This document shows positions 27,367 through 36,941 of a stretch of DNA of 64,000 nt, one piece after another. The DNA lies in contig JAHBYX010000004.1 of the NCBI GenBank assembly GCA_019635735.1, positions 156,020-220,019 of the forward strand, read 5' to 3'. The notes beneath the pieces were generated by a model, which was not told where the DNA came from, did not search any database, and saw only the letters and a program-made list of their open reading frames with translations. Within the stretch, counting starts at the first letter, position 1; every line of letters starts with the position of its first letter. The position numbers and the translations under genes are program-made. The DNA is from Mesorhizobium sp. Lineage in GTDB: Bacteria > Pseudomonadota > Alphaproteobacteria > Rhizobiales > Rhizobiaceae.

Positions 27367-28200
27367 TCATTCTCCCGGCGGGACGGTCACCGTGCCGGCC
27401 TCGCCGCCGGTGAGCGGCTCCCATTCGATTTTGTCGTCCAGCCGGTATTCGATCGTATGCACGACGACCGTCGTCGGGTCGATGAAAACCAGATTGTAGC
27501 TGGGCTCGATCGGGCCGTGCCCGTAGGCGAGGCGGCCTTCGAACTCCGGCCAGCCGGGATGGCTTGTGGAGCGAGGCGCCGAGAAGGGAACGCCTTCGAT
27601 CGACCCCGACAGCGACATGTGACAATGGCCGAAGAATACGTGGCGGATCGTATCGCGGTGGCGCCGCAGGATCGCGGCAAACTCCTTCTTCTGGACCAGT
27701 GCCAGGATATCGGTCGCAAGCACCCCGATCTGGACCGGATGGTGGTGCATGAAGACCAGCGCGGGCTTGCGCTCGCGTCCTGCCTCGTCGAGGCGCGCGG
27801 ACAGCCAGGCGAGCCGCCGCGGCCCCAGGCGGCCGCTGTGGTTTCCGGCGAGGTTGGTGTCGAGGAAGATCAGGCGGTGTCCGCCGATCTCCAGCACATG
27901 CTGGATGTGCCCGTCCGCGTCGACCGGCGCGTCAGGGAAGATCTCCCTGAAGGTCTCGCGATGATCGTGGTTGCCGATCATCAGAACAGGCTTGAGCGGA
28001 GATGCCGCAAGGATCTCGCGCAACTTCTCATAGGCCTCGCGCTTGCCGTGATGGGTGAGGTCGCCCGAGATCACGATCGCCTCGGCATCAGCATGTCGTT
28101 TCTCGACATGGGCGAGGCAGGCCTCGAATTCGGCGACGGAATTCTTGCCCGCGATCGGGTCGGCATTGATGTGGATGTCTGAGATGTGGACGATCTTCAC
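27367..28200 (-). CDS. metallophosphoesterase (calcineurin-like; CpdA/GpdQ-type phosphodiesterase)
   Basis: Motifs HISDIH, GDLTHHG, GNHD and HHHP. Confidence 0.8.
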   Translation of the reverse strand: MKIVHISDIHINADPIAGKNSVAEFEACLAHVEKRHADAEAIVISGDLTHHGKREAYEKLREILAASPLKPVLMIGNHDHRETFREIFPDAPVDADGHIQHVLEIGGHRLIFLDTNLAGNHSGRLGPRRLAWLSARLDEAGRERKPALVFMHHHPVQIGVLATDILALVQKKEFAAILRRHRDTIRHVFFGHCHMSLSGSIEGVPFSAPRSTSHPGWPEFEGRLAYGHGPIEPSYNLVFIDPTTVVVHTIEYRLDDKIEWEPLTGGEAGTVTVPPGE

Positions 28201-28222
28201 GGCCGGCTGTCCCTCCGCAACC

Positions 28223-28774
28223 TCAGAAGCGGATGCGTCCGAGCACGTGCAGGCCGTCGCCCTGCGGACTTACGATGACGGCCTCGCCGTCGCGCGAGGA
28301 TTCGCCCGTGAGCGCGGCGATATTCTCCTGGTGGGTGACCATCACCATGTTGCCCGACCCGCTCCAGCTGCGGATCTGTTCGAGCACTTCCTTCGATTGT
28401 GCGTCCTTCGATGGAGAATCGGGGGCAAACGGGTCGAGCGCGGCGAATGGCTCGAGATTGTCTGGGCGGAACGCCAGGCGCGCAGTCTCCGTGGTGCGGC
28501 ACCAGCGACTTGCGAGCACCCGCTCGACGGGTGCCGCGCGGGCGGCGAACAGCGCGCCGATCTTGCGCGCCTGCTGGCGCCCGGCGTCCGACAGGTTGCG
28601 CTGCGTGTTACACGTCTCGATGTCGAAATTGGCGGGTTCGCCGGAGCCCGGAGCGAAGGCGTGGCGCAGCAGCACGACATGTCCGCCTTCGCGCAGAAGC
28701 GCCCAGCCCGCCTCCGTCGCGCCGGCCGCCGTCGCCGCGAGCAGAGCCAGCGCAAGTATCAGACTTCTCAGCAT
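28223..28774 (-). CDS. secreted histidine phosphatase family protein
   Basis: Signal peptide MLRSLILALALLAATAAGA followed by the LLRHA catalytic RHG-type motif. Confidence 0.75.
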   Translation of the reverse strand: MLRSLILALALLAATAAGATEAGWALLREGGHVVLLRHAFAPGSGEPANFDIETCNTQRNLSDAGRQQARKIGALFAARAAPVERVLASRWCRTTETARLAFRPDNLEPFAALDPFAPDSPSKDAQSKEVLEQIRSWSGSGNMVMVTHQENIAALTGESSRDGEAVIVSPQGDGLHVLGRIRF

Positions 28775-28928
28775 GCAAACCCCTGTAGGACGGCATGGAT
28801 ATAGGGTCGCAAGGTGGGAATCAAAGACATTCGGTCTTCCCTTCCGGCATCGCGAAATGCGCTGGACCAGCCGGACCGCTCGGCTTGCACCGATTGCACG
28901 CGCGCGGCGCCTCGCCTAAACCCGACAC

Positions 28929-29879
28929 ATGTCGTCCGTCGCCGAAACCGTACTCTTCGTCTTCGGCCTCGTCGCGGCGGGGTACTTGGCGGGCCTGTCG
29001 GGTTATCTCAGGGTTGAAGTCGGCGATGCAGTGGCCGAATTCGCCGTAGCCGTCGCGCTGCCGCTGCTCCTGTTCCGCACGATGATGGGCGCCGATTTCC
29101 ACGGCGCTGCCCCCTGGGCGTTCTGGGGCGCATACTTTTCCGCCGCGGTCATCACCTGGGCAGTGGGGCAGTTTCTCACCGTCAAGGGTTTTGGCCGCGA
29201 TGCGAGGGCAGGTGTGGTCGGCGGCGTCACCGCGGCGTTTTCCAATATTGCGCTGCTGGGCATACCCTTCATGTTGGGTGTGTACGGCCAGGCCGGGTTC
29301 GAGATCCTGTCGCTGCTGCTGTCCGTCCATCTGCCCGTCATGATCGCGGCGTCCATCCTTCTGTTCGAACTGGTTGGCCGCGGCGAAGGCGAGGCATTCC
29401 GGTTCGGCCTGCTCGTCCGCGCCTTCCTGCGGCGGATGTTCACGAACCCGCTGGTCATAGGCATCCTCGCCGGCCTCGCCGTGCGCGTCACCGGCCTGCC
29501 TGTGCCGGGCATCGCGATGAAGCTGGTGGACGCGCTGGCCAATGTCGCGGCACCCGTTGCGCTGTTCGCGCTGGGCCTTAGCCTGCGCAAATACGGCATC
29601 GCCCGCAACGTCAAGGCGGGCACTGCGCTGGCCCTGGTGAAGCTGTTCCTCATGCCGGCGCTGGCCCTCGTCATGGCGTGGCTGTTCGGCCTGCCGCCGC
29701 TCACCGCCAAGGTCGCGGTCGCAGCCGCGTCCCTGCCGGCGGGGGTCAACTCCTATCTGATCGCGACGCAGTTCGGCACCGGACAAGCGCTCGCCTCCAA
29801 TGCGATGACCATCGGCACCGCCATGGCGGTGGCGTCGACCGCCTTCTGGCTTGCCGTCGCCCAAATGGTGTTCGACTGA
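28929..29879 (+). CDS. AEC (auxin efflux carrier) family transporter
   Basis: 316-aa polytopic protein with typical AEC N- and C-terminal halves. Confidence 0.8.
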   Translation: MSSVAETVLFVFGLVAAGYLAGLSGYLRVEVGDAVAEFAVAVALPLLLFRTMMGADFHGAAPWAFWGAYFSAAVITWAVGQFLTVKGFGRDARAGVVGGVTAAFSNIALLGIPFMLGVYGQAGFEILSLLLSVHLPVMIAASILLFELVGRGEGEAFRFGLLVRAFLRRMFTNPLVIGILAGLAVRVTGLPVPGIAMKLVDALANVAAPVALFALGLSLRKYGIARNVKAGTALALVKLFLMPALALVMAWLFGLPPLTAKVAVAAASLPAGVNSYLIATQFGTGQALASNAMTIGTAMAVASTAFWLAVAQMVFD

Positions 29880-29910
29880 GACCGGCTTCGAGCAGGATGG
29901 ATATCGCGCT

Positions 29911-30918
29911 ATGACACAGGAAATCCTCGCGGTCGAAGCCGCGCATGCACTGGTCGCCGCCGCGCTGAGTGCGTCGAATACGTCGATCGAGAACGCGCTT
30001 TGCGTGGCCGATGCACTGGTCGGGGCCGAACTGGTGGGGCAAGGCGGCCACGGCCTTCGTCGCGTGGCGGCCTATTCCGCGCAGGCACGCGCCGGCAAGG
30101 TCGATGGCCACGCGGTGCCGCGACTGATCCGCACAAGGCCGTCGGCGATCCACATCGATGCCGCGCACGGCTTCGCCTATCCGGCGTTCGATCTGGCCGC
30201 GAGTGAGCTGCGGGAGGCGGCGAGGGCGCAGGGTATCGCCGCGGCCGGCATCTCCCGGTCGCATCACGCGGGCGTCACCGGCCTCGTCGTCGAAGCGCTC
30301 GCCGAGGCGGGGCTCGTCGCGCTGATGTTCGCCAATGCGCCGGCCAGCATCTCACCCTGGGGCGGCCGGACGCCGCTCTATGGCACCGATCCGATCGCAT
30401 TTGCCTGTCCGGTCGAAGGCGGCCTTCCCGTCGTGATCGACCTTTCGCTCTCCAAGGTGGCGCGCGGCAAGATCATGGCTGCCAAGCAGAAGGGTGAGCC
30501 GATCCCCGAGGGCTGGGCATTCGACCGCGAAGGCAACCCGACGACCGATGCGAATGAGGCCTTGGCCGGCACGATGGTTCCGACCGGAGATGCCAAGGGC
30601 ACCGCGCTTGCCCTGATGGTCGAACTGCTCGCCGCCGGGCTGACGGGCGCGAATTTTGCCTACGATCAATCCTCGTTCTTCGACGCCGAAGGCGCGCCGC
30701 CCGGAAGTGGGCAGCTGATCATTGCGATTGATCCTGAAGCCTTCGGTGGGGTAAGAGCCGTGGCACGGTTTGCCGAGATGGCGCAGGCCATTCAACAGGT
30801 GGACGGTGCACGCGTGCCGGGAGCGAAACGCCACGAGTTGCGCGCCCGATTGAAGCGCGACGGCATTCCGCTCGACAGCGCACTGCTGGACGAAATCAGA
30901 CAGATCGCCGCGCGCTGA
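29911..30918 (+). CDS. Ldh_2 family oxidoreductase (type 2 malate/L-lactate/sulfolactate dehydrogenase family)
   Basis: GHGLRRV, SHHAG and GTDPIAFA..P motifs. Start at MTQEIL (29911). Confidence 0.8.
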   Translation: MTQEILAVEAAHALVAAALSASNTSIENALCVADALVGAELVGQGGHGLRRVAAYSAQARAGKVDGHAVPRLIRTRPSAIHIDAAHGFAYPAFDLAASELREAARAQGIAAAGISRSHHAGVTGLVVEALAEAGLVALMFANAPASISPWGGRTPLYGTDPIAFACPVEGGLPVVIDLSLSKVARGKIMAAKQKGEPIPEGWAFDREGNPTTDANEALAGTMVPTGDAKGTALALMVELLAAGLTGANFAYDQSSFFDAEGAPPGSGQLIIAIDPEAFGGVRAVARFAEMAQAIQQVDGARVPGAKRHELRARLKRDGIPLDSALLDEIRQIAAR

Positions 30919-30939
30919 GCGGCGGCAGGAGGCAAGGAA

Positions 30940-32394
30940 ATGCTCCAGAAGACAAGCCACTACATGCGCCAGGCCAACCTGATCGGCGGCGACTGGGTGC
31001 AGGCGGATTCCGGCGCCACGATCGACGTCACCAATCCGGCGACGACGCTGAAGATCGGTACCGTCCCGAAGTCCGGCAAGGCCGAGACGCGGCGCGCCAT
31101 CGAGGCGGCGCAGACGGCTTTCGAGAGCTGGAGGAAGACGACGGCCAACGACCGCTCAAAGCTGCTGCGCAGGCTGCACGACCTGATCCTCGAGAACCAG
31201 GACGCACTCGCCGAGCTCTTGACCATGGAACAGGGCAAGTCGCTGACCGAGGCCAAGGGCGAGGTCGCCATCTCCGCGGCATACGTGCTCTGGTTCGCCG
31301 AGGAAGGCCGCCGCACCTATGGCGACACGGTGCCGAGCCCGTGGGCCGAGCGCCGCATCCTCGTCACCAAGGAACCGGTGGGCGTCGTGGCTGCGATCAC
31401 GCCGTGGAACTTCCCGTCCTCGATGCTGGCGCGCAAGATCGGCCCGGCGCTCGCGGCGGGCTGCACGGTCGTCGTGAAGCCTGCCTCGCAGACGCCCTAT
31501 TCGGGCCTCGCGTGGGGCGCGCTGTGCGAGGAAGCCGGCTTCCCGAAGGGCGTCGTCAACATCGTCACCGGTTCGGCCGGCGAGATCGGCGACGAGATCT
31601 GCGCCAATCCGCTGGTGCGCAAGCTGACCTTCACCGGCTCGACGGAGGTCGGCAAGATCCTGATGGAGAAGTGCGCCGCTACCGTGAAGAAGGTGTCGAT
31701 GGAACTCGGCGGCAATGCGCCGTTCCTCGTCTTCGACGATGCCGACATCGACAAGGCGGTCGAAGGCGCAATGGTCGCCAAGTTCCGCAATTCCGGCCAG
31801 ACCTGCGTCTGCACCAACCGCTTCTTTGTTCAGGACGGCGTCTACGACGAATTCGTCGAGAAACTGGCCGCCGCCTCTGACAAGCTCAAAGTCGGCAACG
31901 GCCTCGAGGCAGGAGTCCAGCAGGGACCTCTGATCGACGCGAAGGCCGTCGAGAAGGTCGAGGAGTTCATCCAGGACGCGACGTCGAAGGGCGGCAAGGT
32001 CGTGACCGGCGGCAAACGCCACGAGCTTGGCGGCTCGTTCTTCCAGCCCACCGTCATCGCCGACGCCGAACCCGAGATGATGTTCATGAAGGAGGAGATT
32101 TTCGGGCCGCTCGCGCCCGTCTTCCGCTTCAAGACCGAGGAAGAGGCGATCAAGCTTGCGAACGACACCCAGTTCGGCCTTGCCTCCTATGCTTATACCG
32201 GCAGCCTCAACCGCGCATTCCGCGTGATGGAAGGGCTGAAATACGGCATGGTCGGCATCAACGAGGGCCTGATCACCACCGTCGAGGCGCCTTTCGGCGG
32301 GGTCAAGGAATCGGGCCTTGGCAAGGAAGGTGGACACCAGGGCATCGAGGACTACCTCGACACGAAGTATGTCTGCATCGGCGGCCTGAAGTAG
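30940..32394 (+). CDS. gabD: NAD(P)-dependent succinate-semialdehyde dehydrogenase
   Basis: Aldehyde dehydrogenase motifs (MELGGNAP, FRNSGQTCVCTNR) and full-length GabD-like sequence. AGGAGG lies upstream. Confidence 0.85.
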   Translation: MLQKTSHYMRQANLIGGDWVQADSGATIDVTNPATTLKIGTVPKSGKAETRRAIEAAQTAFESWRKTTANDRSKLLRRLHDLILENQDALAELLTMEQGKSLTEAKGEVAISAAYVLWFAEEGRRTYGDTVPSPWAERRILVTKEPVGVVAAITPWNFPSSMLARKIGPALAAGCTVVVKPASQTPYSGLAWGALCEEAGFPKGVVNIVTGSAGEIGDEICANPLVRKLTFTGSTEVGKILMEKCAATVKKVSMELGGNAPFLVFDDADIDKAVEGAMVAKFRNSGQTCVCTNRFFVQDGVYDEFVEKLAAASDKLKVGNGLEAGVQQGPLIDAKAVEKVEEFIQDATSKGGKVVTGGKRHELGGSFFQPTVIADAEPEMMFMKEEIFGPLAPVFRFKTEEEAIKLANDTQFGLASYAYTGSLNRAFRVMEGLKYGMVGINEGLITTVEAPFGGVKESGLGKEGGHQGIEDYLDTKYVCIGGLK

Positions 32395-32406
32395 CGAGGA
32401 AAAGCG

Positions 32407-33423
32407 ATGGAAGGCGAGGTCTTCGGGACAACCGCGGAAGGCGAGACCGTCCATCGCTATCACATCACCGGTGGCGGGCTGACCGCCACCGTCATGGAAT
32501 GGGGCGCGGTGCTGCAGGACCTGCGCCTCGACGGCCATAATGCGCCGCTGGTGCTCGGCTTCGACCGCTTCGAGGACTACCCGGCCTCGTCGCCCTATTT
32601 CGGGGCGATCGCCGGGCGCTATGCCAACCGCATCGCCAACGGCAAGTTCATCATCGACGGCCACCGCTTCCGGGCCGATACCAATTTTCTCGGCAAGCAC
32701 ACGCTGCATGGTGGTGCAATGAGCACCGGCAAGCGCCTGTGGTCGCTGGAGATGCGCGGCAGCGACTTCATCACGCTGAGACTGCATGACCCGGACAGCT
32801 TCATGGGCTTCCCGGGCAATCTCGAGATCACCTGCACCTACCGACTCAAGCTGCCGGGCACGCTGTCGATCGAACTGTCGGCGACGACCGACCAGCCGAC
32901 GCTGTGCAACCTCACCAACCACTCCTATTTCAACCTGGACGACGGCGGCGCGGACACGGTTCTCGACCATCGGCTGGTGATCAATGCCGGGGCCTACCTG
33001 CCGGTCGACGACGAACTGATCCCGACCGGCGTGGTCCAGCCGGTGGAAGGCACCGATTTCGACTTCCAGCTGTCGCGTCCGATCCGGCTCGAGAAGGCCG
33101 GCGAACAGGTGATCTACGACCACAATTTCTGCCTCTCATCGCAACGTGGGCCGCTGCGGCAGGCGGCATGGGCGCAAGGGGCGTCGTCCGGCGTGGAGAT
33201 GGAGATGTGGACCACCGAGCCCGGCGTGCAGTTCTATGCCGGCCACAAGGTCGCGCGCGATATGCCGGGGCTGGGCGGCCGGAGATACGGTCCGTGGGCC
33301 GGCTTCTGCCTCGAAGCACAGGCCTGGCCCGATTCGCCCAACCGGCCCTATTTCCCGCAGGCGATCCTCTGGCCCGGCGACCGCTACCGGCACGTAACGG
33401 AGTATCGGTTCAGGCTGGGGTGA
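32407..33423 (+). CDS. galM: aldose 1-epimerase (galactose mutarotase)
   Basis: GAIAGRYANRIANGKF, HTLHGG and NLTNHSYFNL motifs. Confidence 0.85.
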   Translation: MEGEVFGTTAEGETVHRYHITGGGLTATVMEWGAVLQDLRLDGHNAPLVLGFDRFEDYPASSPYFGAIAGRYANRIANGKFIIDGHRFRADTNFLGKHTLHGGAMSTGKRLWSLEMRGSDFITLRLHDPDSFMGFPGNLEITCTYRLKLPGTLSIELSATTDQPTLCNLTNHSYFNLDDGGADTVLDHRLVINAGAYLPVDDELIPTGVVQPVEGTDFDFQLSRPIRLEKAGEQVIYDHNFCLSSQRGPLRQAAWAQGASSGVEMEMWTTEPGVQFYAGHKVARDMPGLGGRRYGPWAGFCLEAQAWPDSPNRPYFPQAILWPGDRYRHVTEYRFRLG

Positions 33424-33481
33424 GAGACTTCCGCTAGGGTAGGAATCCGCATAGGGTTGCGTTCGCAAGGCGGAGGATTGC

Positions 33482-33916
33482 ATGTCTCAGGCGCGGACGG
33501 CTGTCGAACGGACCTTTCGGGCGCTCGAAGCGCGCGACAAGGCCACGGTGCTCGCCTGTTTCGCTCCGGATGCCGTGCTTTTCGATCCGCACTATCCGCA
33601 GCCGCTGATGTCCGGTCTGGCCGAGATCGAGGAGGGGATCGACTGGGGCCTGTCGGTGATGAAGCGCTTCGGTTTCCGGACCAGGCATTTCTTCGGCTCG
33701 GAGGATGGACTTTCGGGCGCCTTCGAGATCGACACGGACCACACCCTGAATTCCGGCCAGAACCTCAAATTCCCGCAGGTGTTCGTCGCGGAGACCAAGG
33801 ACGGTCTGATCACCGGCCTGCGCGCTTACGAACCTTACGGCCCGAACGGTATCGGCGGCTTCTTCCTCGGATTGTCCCGGATTCGCCGCCGGCTTTCGGG
33901 CAAGAAGACGGTCTAG
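33482..33916 (+). CDS. NTF2/SnoaL-like family protein
   Basis: N-terminal VERTFRALEARDKATVLACFAPDAVLFDP is a typical SnoaL-like pattern. Confidence 0.55.
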   Translation: MSQARTAVERTFRALEARDKATVLACFAPDAVLFDPHYPQPLMSGLAEIEEGIDWGLSVMKRFGFRTRHFFGSEDGLSGAFEIDTDHTLNSGQNLKFPQVFVAETKDGLITGLRAYEPYGPNGIGGFFLGLSRIRRRLSGKKTV

Positions 33917-34836
33917 ACTCTGGCGAATGCCGCGCGCAGCGTCTCGAACGGCGCCAGCGCGCCGCGCACCTGCACCACCGCAGCCGCCACCCGATGCGCG
34001 GTCCGCGCCGCCTCGACCGGCGATTGGCCGAGCAGTCGCGCCGCCAGATAGCCGCCGTTGAAGCTGTCGCCGGCGCCTGTCGTGTCCACTGGGTTGGCAA
34101 CATGCACTGCCGGCACGGTCGAGCGGCCCTCAGCCGTCATCACCAGACACGGGTCCGCCCCGTCCTTTACGACGATCTCGCGCACGCCGGCCCGGGCCAG
34201 TCGAACGGCCGTGGCCTCCCGGGAGGCGTCACCATAGAGCATCTGCTCGTCCGGAAAGGTCGGCAGCGCAATGTCGCAGACGGCAACCGCGGCGTCGATC
34301 GCCGCCCTGGCGTCACCCGGCGACGACCAGAGGCGAGGGCGGTAGTTCGGGTCGAAGGCGACGAGGCTGCCGGCTTCGCGGGCTTCCACGACCGCGGCCA
34401 GCAGCGTCTCGCGCGCCTGAAGCGACAGAATTGCCAAGGTGATTCCGGAAAAATAGACAAGTGCCTGGTCTTCAAGGCTTTTCGCCAGTTGCTCCGGCTG
34501 AGAAGCAAGCTGTTTTGCAGCCGAATCGGATCGCCAGTAGGTAAAGGACCGTTCGGCTCCGGTGAGCGTGATCGCGTAAAGGCCGGGCCGGGCGCCCGCG
34601 ATGACAGGGCTTGACGCGACGCCGATGCCGGCTTCCGCCAGGAATGCGATCTGCTTTGCCGAGAACGGGTCGTCGCCGAAGGCGGAGACATAGTCGCAGG
34701 CAAGCCCGGTCAGCGCCCGGATCGCCCACAGGGTGTTGAACGTGTCGCCCGCGTAGCCGAGATCCCAGGCGCCGTCCGGACGCGCGGAGAGTTCGAGCAT
34801 GCATTCCCCGATCGAGGCGACGCCCTTGCGATCCAT
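33913..34836 (-). CDS. kdgK: PfkB family sugar kinase, 2-dehydro-3-deoxygluconokinase-like
   Basis: DTTGAGDSFNGGYLA PfkB signature and an overall KdgK-like sequence. Confidence 0.7.
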   Translation of the reverse strand: MDRKGVASIGECMLELSARPDGAWDLGYAGDTFNTLWAIRALTGLACDYVSAFGDDPFSAKQIAFLAEAGIGVASSPVIAGARPGLYAITLTGAERSFTYWRSDSAAKQLASQPEQLAKSLEDQALVYFSGITLAILSLQARETLLAAVVEAREAGSLVAFDPNYRPRLWSSPGDARAAIDAAVAVCDIALPTFPDEQMLYGDASREATAVRLARAGVREIVVKDGADPCLVMTAEGRSTVPAVHVANPVDTTGAGDSFNGGYLAARLLGQSPVEAARTAHRVAAAVVQVRGALAPFETLRAAFARV

Positions 34837-34981
34837 TCGATCCCCTCCATTCGACGCAACGTCTATAGGTGTTCACTCGGCTTCGCGGCAAGGCCGGAAA
34901 AAGGCGCTTGACCTTCCAGTTACGGGAAGCCCTAGGTGATCGCGTAACAGTGGAAACGACATGTGAAAGTGGAGAATCTGG

Positions 34982-35422
34982 ATGGGCCTCAAAGGCAAGA
35001 TCGGCATCGCTCTCGGCGCGGTCGTGATCGCGGTCGCCGCGGCGGTCGGCTATATGATGTTCGTAATGGCGCCGCCGTCGGACCTGGACCTGGCCCGGAG
35101 CAAGAAGACCGCGAAAGGCCTCTATGCCGTCGAAATTGCGCCCGAGAATCCGGCGTTCGAGCGCAACATGCTGCACGGCTGGATCGCGACGGTGAAGACG
35201 GCGGACGGCGTGGCGGTCGAGGACGCGCAGATCACGGTGGACGGTGGCATGCCGCAACACGGGCACGGCCTGCCGACGGCGCCGCAAGTGACGGCCGCGT
35301 TGGGCGACGGGCGCTACCGGATCGAAGGCGTGCGCTTCAACATGTCGGGCTGGTGGGAGTTCAAGCTCCACGTCAGCGCAGCGGCGGGAGAGGACGATGT
35401 CACGTTCAACCTCAGCCTCTAG
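34982..35422 (+). CDS. FixH/YtkA-like domain membrane-anchored protein
   Basis: N-terminal helix, then ITVDGGMPQHGHGLPT ... GWWEFKLHV, which resembles YtkA-like/FixH Ig-fold proteins. Confidence 0.55.
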   Translation: MGLKGKIGIALGAVVIAVAAAVGYMMFVMAPPSDLDLARSKKTAKGLYAVEIAPENPAFERNMLHGWIATVKTADGVAVEDAQITVDGGMPQHGHGLPTAPQVTAALGDGRYRIEGVRFNMSGWWEFKLHVSAAAGEDDVTFNLSL

Positions 35423-35423
35423 C

Positions 35424-36644
35424 ATGGTTCGCCGCGCGCTGTCGGGCGTCGTTTTCGCCGCGTTGCTGGTTCTCGCCGGCTGCTCGGGCGACGAGTTCAC
35501 CGACGCGGAAAGGGCGACCATCGCCTCGCTGTCGCTCGATCAGCTGCCGCCGTTGCCGGCCGATCCGTCGAACCGGGTCGCGGACGATCGGCTGGCGGCG
35601 GCATTCGGCGCCACCCTGTTCTTCGAGCCTCGGCTGTCGGGCCACGGCGACGTGTCCTGCTCGACCTGCCACCAGATCGACCGGCAGTTCCAGGACGACC
35701 GGCCGCTTGGCCGTGGTGTTGGCCTGACCGACCGCCGCACCATGCCGCTCGCCGGTGTCGCCTGGAGCCCCTGGCAATTCTGGGACGGTCGCAAGGACAG
35801 TCTGTGGGCGCAGGCGCTCGGACCGCTGGAAGATGCGCGCGAGCATGGCGGCAACCGCACCGCCTATGCGCATTTCATCACGACTTCGCTGAAGGACCGC
35901 TACGAGCGGATCTTCGGGCCACTGCCGGACCTTTCCGGCATTCCGCAGAACGCCGGACCGCTCGGCAATGCCGAGGAACGTGCCGTGTGGGAGTCCATTT
36001 CGGAAGCGAAGCGCGCCGAGATCGACACGGTCTTCGCCAATATCGGCAAGTCGATCGCGGCCTTCGAACGCTCGATCCGGCACGAGGAGACACGGTTCGA
36101 CCGGTTCGCGAAGGCGATCGCGGCGGGCGAGACGCCGCAAGGCGACGCCGCGCTCGACGAATCCGAACGGCTTGGGCTTAGACTCTTCATCGGCCGCGCC
36201 AACTGCGTCACCTGCCACGCGGGGCCGCGCTTCAGCGACGAGCATTTTCACAATACCGGCGTGCCGCAGCCTCCGGAACTGCCGGAGGATTCGGGCCGCG
36301 CCGCGGGCATCCCGAAGGCGCTGGCCGATCCGTTCAACTGCCTCAGCCGCCACAGCGACGCGAAGCCGGAGCAGTGCGGCGAGTTGCGCTTTGTCGCCAA
36401 GGACGACCACGCCATGCTCCGGGCCTTCAAGACGCCGTCGCTGCGCGGCGCGGTCTCTCGTCCGCCTTACATGCATTCGGGCCAGATCGCGACGATCGAG
36501 GACGTGATCGACCACTATGCCGCCGCGCCGCGACCGCCCAAGGGAGAAAGCGAACTCAAGCCGCTGACACTGTCGGAGCCCGAAAAACAGGCGCTGGTGG
36601 CGTTTCTGAAGATGCTGGATCCGAGAACGTCTCCCGTGAATTGA
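35424..36644 (+). CDS. dihaem cytochrome c peroxidase / MauG family lipoprotein
   Basis: Lipobox LAGC. Two haem sites, CSTCH and CVTCH. FKTPSLRG motif. Starts 1 nt after the upstream stop. Confidence 0.85.
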   Translation: MVRRALSGVVFAALLVLAGCSGDEFTDAERATIASLSLDQLPPLPADPSNRVADDRLAAAFGATLFFEPRLSGHGDVSCSTCHQIDRQFQDDRPLGRGVGLTDRRTMPLAGVAWSPWQFWDGRKDSLWAQALGPLEDAREHGGNRTAYAHFITTSLKDRYERIFGPLPDLSGIPQNAGPLGNAEERAVWESISEAKRAEIDTVFANIGKSIAAFERSIRHEETRFDRFAKAIAAGETPQGDAALDESERLGLRLFIGRANCVTCHAGPRFSDEHFHNTGVPQPPELPEDSGRAAGIPKALADPFNCLSRHSDAKPEQCGELRFVAKDDHAMLRAFKTPSLRGAVSRPPYMHSGQIATIEDVIDHYAAAPRPPKGESELKPLTLSEPEKQALVAFLKMLDPRTSPVN

Positions 36645-36659
36645 AAGCGGTGAAGGCGT

Positions 36660-36691
36660 GGTGTATCCTTCATTCGCATAGAGGATACACC
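36660..36691. promoter_or_regulatory. perfect 10-bp inverted repeat ggtgtatcct-N12-aggatacacc immediately upstream of vapB (candidate operator or RBS-occluding hairpin)
   Basis: Read directly from the sequence. The right arm contains the probable GAGGA ribosome binding site 10 nt before ATG 36696. Confidence 0.4.
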
Positions 36692-36695
36692 GGCG

Positions 36696-36941
36696 ATGGC
36701 TTTTCATATCAAGAATCGCGAAACCGAAGCCCTTGCCCGCAAGGTCGCGGCCTTGAAGGGGGAGGGGTTGACGCGTGCCGTGCATGACGCGCTCCGCAAC
36801 GAACTCGATCGCGAGCTAGCGAAGCCGAGCCTCGTCGAACTGGGCGTCAGGTTCGCCCGCGAGCTGCGGGCCAAGGCCGGTCCCCGCGCCGGCCGTCCGG
36901 CAGACAGGGCATTCCGCGACAGCCTGTACGAGCGCGACTGA
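36696..36941 (+). CDS. vapB: type II antitoxin VapB (Rv0623-like/PSK family)
   Basis: MAFHIKNRETEALARKVAALKGEGLTRAVHDALRNELDRE. The stop overlaps the vapC ATG (TGATG). Confidence 0.75.
   Translation: MAFHIKNRETEALARKVAALKGEGLTRAVHDALRNELDRELAKPSLVELGVRFARELRAKAGPRAGRPADRAFRDSLYERD

Noticed and set aside
31156-33123. Long antisense ORFs with biased composition. This one, plus 57986..59692, 59082..60992, 35412..36785, 15729..17117, 5886..7403, 18586..20454, 43535..44956 and 46239..47537
   Set aside because: Each lies opposite or out of frame to a gene with clear family motifs, and each has the Arg/Ala/Gly/Pro-dominated composition of non-coding frames in GC-rich genomes.
33913-33916. Convergent genes whose stop codons overlap in the palindrome CTAG
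   Set aside because: It is real but trivial. It is a consequence of tight packing, with no evidence of regulatory meaning.
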